31,494 nucleotides of DNA, from contig DXJG01000006.1 in NCBI GenBank assembly GCA_019056805.1, positions 1 to 31,494 of the forward strand, given 5' to 3'. This DNA comes from Candidatus Baldrarchaeota archaeon (GTDB lineage Archaea; Asgardarchaeota; Baldrarchaeia; Baldrarchaeales; DXJG01). Made by a program: the position numbers and the translations under genes. This document shows, one piece after another, positions 26,714 through 31,494 of this stretch. The notes under the pieces are model-generated. The model was given only the letters and a program-made list of their open reading frames with translations, did not search any database and was not told the origin of the DNA. Within the stretch, counting starts at the first letter, position 1, and each line of letters starts with the position of its first letter.

Positions 26714-27622
26714 CTATTTTTCAAAGGGTATCGTTAAAGCGGCTGGTGCACCTATTCTCTTCCTAAATTTGCCGCTACTGGCAACAACTAGCACAACTAT
26801 TGTGCAAACATATGGCAAGGTCTTTAATAGGGGTACTGATATGCCTAGAGGTTGAAGTCTGTATTGTAAAATTCTTATTCCTCCAAAAAGATAAGCACCT
26901 ACAGTTGCATATATCGGGTTCCAAACAGCAAATATGACAAGTGCTATAGCAATCCATCCTTGACCAGCAGTCATTCCCTCTATCCAAGTAGGTGTGTACA
27001 CAACTGATAAATAAGCACCACCAAGTCCTGCAAGAGCACCACCTATAAGCGTACAAAGATAACGGATTAAATAAACATCTATTCCCGCAGCATGAACAGC
27101 TTGAGGATTTTCACCACAAGCCCTGATAATAACTCCCAGCTTAGTTTTAAAAAGTATAAACCAAAGCAACACAACCAATACATATGATGTATATGTAACA
27201 GGATCCTGATTAAAGAAAGCACCAATAACTGGTATATCAGAAAGCAAAGGAACAGGTATTTTTCTTATTGTTACAGGAAGCGGTGTACCTATCAATCTTC
27301 TACCAGCAAGCGAACTTATACCAAGACCAAGCATTGAAAGAGCTAAACCAGATATAACTTGATTAGAACGTATAGAGATGCTGAGAAACGCATGTACACA
27401 GGCCAGTAAACAGCCAGTTAAAGTAGCTAGTAAAAATCCGAGAAGTGGATTACCAGTTACAAGTGTAATACCAAATGCAGTTACAGCTCCCACAGCCATC
27501 ATACCTTCGACACCAAGATTAAGAATGCCACTTCTCTCAGCGTAAATTTCGCCCAGTGTAGCCAAAAGTAAGGGTGTTCCAGCACTTATCATCATAGTTA
27601 ACAAATCAGTTACCCACTCCAT
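26714..27622 (-). CDS. ABC transporter permease (BMP/nucleoside-type system), second permease
   Basis: Polytopic membrane protein with 'GILNLGVEGMM' and 'IRACGENPQAVHAAGIDV' motifs. I prefer the ATG at 27622 (MEWVTDLL...), which has GGAGGT upstream and lies 4 nt after the upstream permease stop. The ORF-track start at 27694 overlaps that gene. Confidence 0.85.
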   Translation of the reverse strand: MEWVTDLLTMMISAGTPLLLATLGEIYAERSGILNLGVEGMMAVGAVTAFGITLVTGNPLLGFLLATLTGCLLACVHAFLSISIRSNQVISGLALSMLGLGISSLAGRRLIGTPLPVTIRKIPVPLLSDIPVIGAFFNQDPVTYTSYVLVVLLWFILFKTKLGVIIRACGENPQAVHAAGIDVYLIRYLCTLIGGALAGLGGAYLSVVYTPTWIEGMTAGQGWIAIALVIFAVWNPIYATVGAYLFGGIRILQYRLQPLGISVPLLKTLPYVCTIVVLVVASSGKFRKRIGAPAALTIPFEK

Positions 27623-27626
27623 GATA

Positions 27627-28682
27627 CTACCTCCAAGAAATCTTGTATTTTGCAAGAAACTCGCTTGTAAGTAAACAAGCCAATATAATTCCATTGAAAA
27701 TGTTAACTACGCCGAAAGGCAGTCCCATAGATACTTGAATAGCGTCACCGCCAACAAAGAGAATTGCTAGGAAAAACGCGGTTATAATTGAAAGAATTGG
27801 ATTATTTCTGGCAAGTAGCGCAACTATTATTCCAGCGTAGCCATAGCCTGAGGAAATACTAGATGCATAGCGAAGTCTATGATGAACTCCAGCCACTTCG
27901 CCAACACCTGCAATTCCAGCTAATCCACCACTAATAATCATAGCTAATATAATTGCTTTTTCAACACTTATACCAGCATACCTAGCTACACGTTCATCTT
28001 GACCAGCAACCCTTAATTCAAAACCAATTGTTGTTTTAGTAAGTAAGAAATAAAGTAAAACAGCACTTACCAACGCAATAATAAGAGTAGGCCAATGTAT
28101 ACGTGTTTTAGGAATAGTTGGTAACCATGCTGAAATTGGAAATTTATTAGTGTAGGGGAACCCCCATTCTTCAGCTCCTTTCCAGGGTCCATATATGAGG
28201 TAATCAACGAAACAAGCAGCAATATAATTCATCATAAGAGTCGTTATAACCTCATTTGTTCCTAGTTTGCTTTTCAGAACAGCTGGGATAAAAGCCCAGG
28301 CTGCACCTCCGACAAAACCCAACAAAAACATTAGAGGTAATCTTGTGAATTCTGGAACGCTTAAAAATAGTGCTACCCATGTTGCAAGTATAGCACCAAT
28401 AAGTAGTTGCCCCTCTGCACCAATATTCCATGTATTTGCTTTAAAAGCTATAGTGAGACCAATACCACAAAGCAAAAGCGGTATAAGCTTTGTTATTATC
28501 TCTCCCAATCTATGAGCTTTTCTAACTGTTCCAAAAATTTGAGCATAAGCATAAAGTGGATTAATGCCATAAATAAGAAAGATGAAAGCAGCTATTACAA
28601 ATGCCAGTAATATGGCTACAATAGTTGCAATAAGTTCTATTTCAGGTGTCACCTCTCTTCTTTCAAGTCTCAGGTTTAACAC
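27627..28682 (-). CDS. ABC transporter permease (BMP/nucleoside-type system), first permease
   Basis: 351 aa and polytopic, with 'WNIGAEGQLLIGAI' and 'LRVAGQDERVARYAGISV'. The GTG start overlaps the ATPase 3' end by 20 nt. Confidence 0.85.
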   Translation of the reverse strand: MLNLRLERREVTPEIELIATIVAILLAFVIAAFIFLIYGINPLYAYAQIFGTVRKAHRLGEIITKLIPLLLCGIGLTIAFKANTWNIGAEGQLLIGAILATWVALFLSVPEFTRLPLMFLLGFVGGAAWAFIPAVLKSKLGTNEVITTLMMNYIAACFVDYLIYGPWKGAEEWGFPYTNKFPISAWLPTIPKTRIHWPTLIIALVSAVLLYFLLTKTTIGFELRVAGQDERVARYAGISVEKAIILAMIISGGLAGIAGVGEVAGVHHRLRYASSISSGYGYAGIIVALLARNNPILSIITAFFLAILFVGGDAIQVSMGLPFGVVNIFNGIILACLLTSEFLAKYKISWR

Positions 28683-30174
28683 CTCCCATCATCAAACCAA
28701 TTTCTTCAACCTTTGCCTTCTCTGAATCAACAATTCCCATAAAAGTACCCCTATACATAACGGCAATACGGTCACTAAGCTGCATAATTTCTTCCAAATC
28801 TTCAGAAACAAGTAATATAGCAACACCTTTTCGACGAAGCTCAAGAAGCAATTTTCTTATTTCTTCGGTTGCAGCAACATCTAAACCAAAAGTAGGATGG
28901 AACGCAATAAGAAGCTTACATTCCCCTGAAGTCTCCCTAGCTAGTATAAGTCTCGCTATATTACCACCAGAAAGCTGCTGCACAGGCACATTTACGTTTG
29001 GCGTAACAATCTTATATTTCTCAATTAATTTTTCTGCAAGTTCTCTCGCTTTTCTTAAATCTAAAATCCCGTTTTTGGAGAAATTTGTATAGTTTTTTAA
29101 CATTAAATTATCCATAACTGATAATGTAAGAACAGCTCCAACCCTACGATCATCAGGTATGTGAGCCACACCAAGCTTTATAATATCTGCTGAAGATTTA
29201 TTTGTCACATCTTTACCTAAAATCACAACTTCTCCATCTTCAACCCTTCTTAATCCAGTGATAGCTTCAACAAGTTCTCTCTGCCCGTTTCCTGCAACCC
29301 CTGCAATACCAAATATTTCACCAGCTCTAATGGAAAAGCTAACTCCTTTAACAGCCAACAAACCTCTATCATCAAGAACACGTAAATTATTAACCTTTAA
29401 AACCTCTTCACCAAACACTACAGGCTCCTTTTTCAACTCAAATGTTACAGGTCTTCCCACCATTAACTTTGCTAATTCTAATTTTGTTATTTCCTTTGCA
29501 GGAACAGTTGCTATTTTTTTACCACGTCTAAGCACAGTTATACGATCAGCAATAGCAAAAACTTCTTCAAGTTTATGAGAAACAAAAACTATACTCTTCC
29601 CTTCCTCCTTCATTCTTCTAAGGACTTGAAAAAGCGACTCTACTTCAGAAGGAGTTAAAACTGTTGTAGGCTCATCAAGAATTAAAATTTCCGCACCTCT
29701 ACATAAAGCCTTTATTAACTCTAATCTTTGTTTTTCTCCCATTGATAATTCATATACCATTGCATCAACATCTAACTCTAGACCATATCTTTCAGCTAAC
29801 TCCTTAATCATGGATTGTATCTTATTTTTTCTCAATATTTTTCCAGGAAGTAAAAGAGCAAGGTTTTCAGCAACACTTAAATTATCAACCGTCTCGGGAA
29901 ACTGTGGAACCCTTGCTATTCCAAGCTCCATAGCATCTTTCGGCGATCTTATCTTAACCTCTTCTCCTCTTACAAATATTTTTCCCTCATCTGGTCTATA
30001 TAGACCATATAAAATATTCATTAAAGTGGTTTTTCCCGCTCCATTCTCACCAAGCAACGCATGAATTTCGCCAGGTTTTAAGTCAAAATCCACATGATCA
30101 TTAGCCACCACGCCTGGAAAACGCTTCGTTATCCCTTTCATCTCTACAACTGTTTCCAATTCGTTTCCTCCCAT
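28663..30174 (-). CDS. ABC transporter ATP-binding protein with two fused nucleotide-binding domains
   Basis: 503 aa. Walker A is 'GENGAGKTT'. The signature is 'LSMGEKQRLEL'. Walker B is 'ILILDEPT'. The second NBD has a degenerate P-loop 'GVAGNGQRE', with 'LSGGNIARLILA' and 'LLVSEDLEE'. Confidence 0.9.
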   Translation of the reverse strand: MGGNELETVVEMKGITKRFPGVVANDHVDFDLKPGEIHALLGENGAGKTTLMNILYGLYRPDEGKIFVRGEEVKIRSPKDAMELGIARVPQFPETVDNLSVAENLALLLPGKILRKNKIQSMIKELAERYGLELDVDAMVYELSMGEKQRLELIKALCRGAEILILDEPTTVLTPSEVESLFQVLRRMKEEGKSIVFVSHKLEEVFAIADRITVLRRGKKIATVPAKEITKLELAKLMVGRPVTFELKKEPVVFGEEVLKVNNLRVLDDRGLLAVKGVSFSIRAGEIFGIAGVAGNGQRELVEAITGLRRVEDGEVVILGKDVTNKSSADIIKLGVAHIPDDRRVGAVLTLSVMDNLMLKNYTNFSKNGILDLRKARELAEKLIEKYKIVTPNVNVPVQQLSGGNIARLILARETSGECKLLIAFHPTFGLDVAATEEIRKLLLELRRKGVAILLVSEDLEEIMQLSDRIAVMYRGTFMGIVDSEKAKVEEIGLMMGGVKPET

Positions 30175-30282
30175 GGATTCAGTCGCATTTTACACTGATG
30201 CTGACATCATACATGATAAATTTCCTAAATGACATATAAAAAAGAAGTTAGAGATATGTTTTTCGCTTTGTGAACTGCTATG

Positions 30283-31494
30283 TTATTTTGGAACGGTTGC
30301 AATTATGTTGTCAACAAACCAGTCGATTGTCCATAGTTCGTCGTGAGTCATTCTTCTACCAGCTTCAACTCTTAGGTTACCTTCGTTGTCGTAGATTGGC
30401 CCGGTGAACGGATCAAAGACTACGGTGTCTTCACTCATTTGCTCTAATCTCTTCATGACTAGCTCATAGACACTTATGTTTCCAAATTCTGGGTGATCGA
30501 TGTAAGTGCTATTTAGTATAGGAATGAACTTGGGGTTTATTGGGACTCCAAATTCGCCACCGAGTTCAACAGCGCCTTCTCTAAGCATCCACCAATAGTC
30601 AACGTCTTCAAGGTTTGTTGAGTTATAGTAACCAGCATATATCTTACTTAATATGTCGGCGTAGATGACTTCCCAGTGAACTAGTTGACCACTTACACAG
30701 ACATCGGGTCCAAAGCTCTGCATGGGGCTATAGTGACTGAAAACGTAAACAGGTTCACCAGCATCGTAATGTTCTTGAGCCACTTGAATTACGGTTGGTG
30801 AGTCTTCTGTAAATGCGAGAACGTCGCATCCCTCAGCTATTAAGGCTTCGGCTGCTTCTCTTGCTGCTGATGGGTTATACCAAGCATAAAGCCATCGTAC
30901 ATCTACTGTAGCATTCGGGTTTACTTCTTTTATGCCTAGAGCAAAAGCGTTGATATGTCTGACGACTTCAGGAATTGGGTGAGCAGCTACATATCCGATT
31001 TTGTTCGAGTTTGTTAGAGCGCCAGCCATAAGGCCATTAAGATAGTAGAGTTGATAGAACTCAGCAAAGTAAGTGCCAACGTTTGGAGCCCTCATGTAAC
31101 CTGAACAATGGAAGAAGAGCTTATCAGGATGTCTTTCTCCTGCTTCAATTGTAGCATCCATGTAACCAAAGCTAGTGGTGAATACTACATCGCATCCCTC
31201 TTCCGTGATCAGGCTGTCTATGATTCTAGGTGCATCTGCTTCTGACACCGATTCGACATAAACTGTTTCAAGCCATGGGAATATTTCTTCGCAAAATAGC
31301 CGTCCTTGATCATGAGCATGTGTCCATCCATAATCTCCAATTGGACCGACGTAAATGAAGCCGGCTTTTATTGTCTTTCCAACTATTACCTCTTTTTCAA
31401 CGACTCTCGGTGTAAGGGTATAACATACTGCATAACCCACTATTACGCCAATTATTAACGCTACAATTATTACTGTGGTTGCTTCCTTTTGCAT
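30283..31494 (-). CDS. BMP-family (PnrA/Med-like) ABC substrate-binding protein, membrane-anchored
   Basis: 403 aa. An N-terminal TM anchor 'TVIIVALIIGVIVGYAV' is followed by 'KAGFIYVGPIGDYGWTHAHDQG' and 'IGYVAAHPIPEVVRHINAFALG', typical of BMP lipoprotein-family binders. The ATG coincides with the last 3 nt of the window, so an upstream extension cannot be excluded. Confidence 0.85.
   Translation of the reverse strand: MQKEATTVIIVALIIGVIVGYAVCYTLTPRVVEKEVIVGKTIKAGFIYVGPIGDYGWTHAHDQGRLFCEEIFPWLETVYVESVSEADAPRIIDSLITEEGCDVVFTTSFGYMDATIEAGERHPDKLFFHCSGYMRAPNVGTYFAEFYQLYYLNGLMAGALTNSNKIGYVAAHPIPEVVRHINAFALGIKEVNPNATVDVRWLYAWYNPSAAREAAEALIAEGCDVLAFTEDSPTVIQVAQEHYDAGEPVYVFSHYSPMQSFGPDVCVSGQLVHWEVIYADILSKIYAGYYNSTNLEDVDYWWMLREGAVELGGEFGVPINPKFIPILNSTYIDHPEFGNISVYELVMKRLEQMSEDTVVFDPFTGPIYDNEGNLRVEAGRRMTHDELWTIDWFVDNIIATVPK

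Noticed and set aside
28646-30064. Three + strand ORFs (28646-29092, 29258-29578, 29810-30064) opposite the ABC ATPase
   Set aside because: They are antisense shadows of a gene with unambiguous Walker and signature motifs. Their translations are S/T/P/F-rich with no domain features.
1-31494. Scan for CRISPR arrays, tRNA/rRNA genes, C/D-box sRNAs and IS elements
   Set aside because: There are no regularly spaced repeats and no GC-rich structured islands in the intergenic regions. I found no RUGAUGA...CUGA pairs in suitable spacing and no transposase-like ORFs. A covariance-model search (tRNAscan-SE, Infernal) would be needed to exclude small RNAs formally.

Overview
All functional names below come from reading motifs in the supplied translations. 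No similarity search was run. The window is AT-rich (roughly mid-30s % GC by eye, not computed) and looks archaeal. Supporting signs are an archaeo-eukaryotic (AEP/PriS-like) primase, CofC/CofD coenzyme-F420 genes, A/T-rich TATA-like boxes, and Shine-Dalgarno motifs (GGAGGTG, GGTGAT) complementary to an archaeal 16S 3' end. The proteins are K/E/I-rich, as in thermophiles, and TTG/GTG starts are frequent. I count about 33 protein-coding genes and see no rRNA, tRNA, CRISPR array, transposase or integrase.

Gene order:
- (1) VapB/VapC-like toxin-antitoxin pair, 254-995.
- (2) Frame-broken two-domain GNAT, 1110-1904.
- (3) Divergent PriS-like primase with a long Cys-free C-terminal extension, 1969-3363.
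- (4) MFS transporter and a membrane protein.
- (5) Split UxaA/SuyAB-type dehydratase (small and large subunits) with a frame-broken GNAT between them, 5580-8050.
- (6) Minus-strand F420 block: nitroreductase, cofD, MFS, cofC, 8074-11775.
- (7) Two membrane proteins, one resembling an ECF S-component.
- (8) RidA, M20 peptidase and threonine/serine dehydratase, 13439-16192.
- (9) His-rich CopB-type P1B ATPase.
- (10) DUF4438-like protein and an orphan CooC-like ATPase.
- (11) Myo-inositol-1-phosphate synthase, acyl-CoA dehydrogenase and an EamA transporter.
- (12) KaiC/RecA-like ATPase with a degenerate second domain, plus two tandem paralogous small 3-TM proteins, 24306-26638.
- (13) Four-gene BMP-family ABC transporter operon, 26714-31494.

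Points most worth a second look:
- Five reading-frame breaks, all at A/T homopolymers and all in accessory-type genes.
- The stand-alone nitroreductase translationally coupled to cofD.
- The GNAT embedded in the split dehydratase operon.
- The atypical primase.
- The uncharacterised KaiC-like/small-membrane-protein module.

I cannot show that any of these is a new system. They are candidates, each with a stated test.
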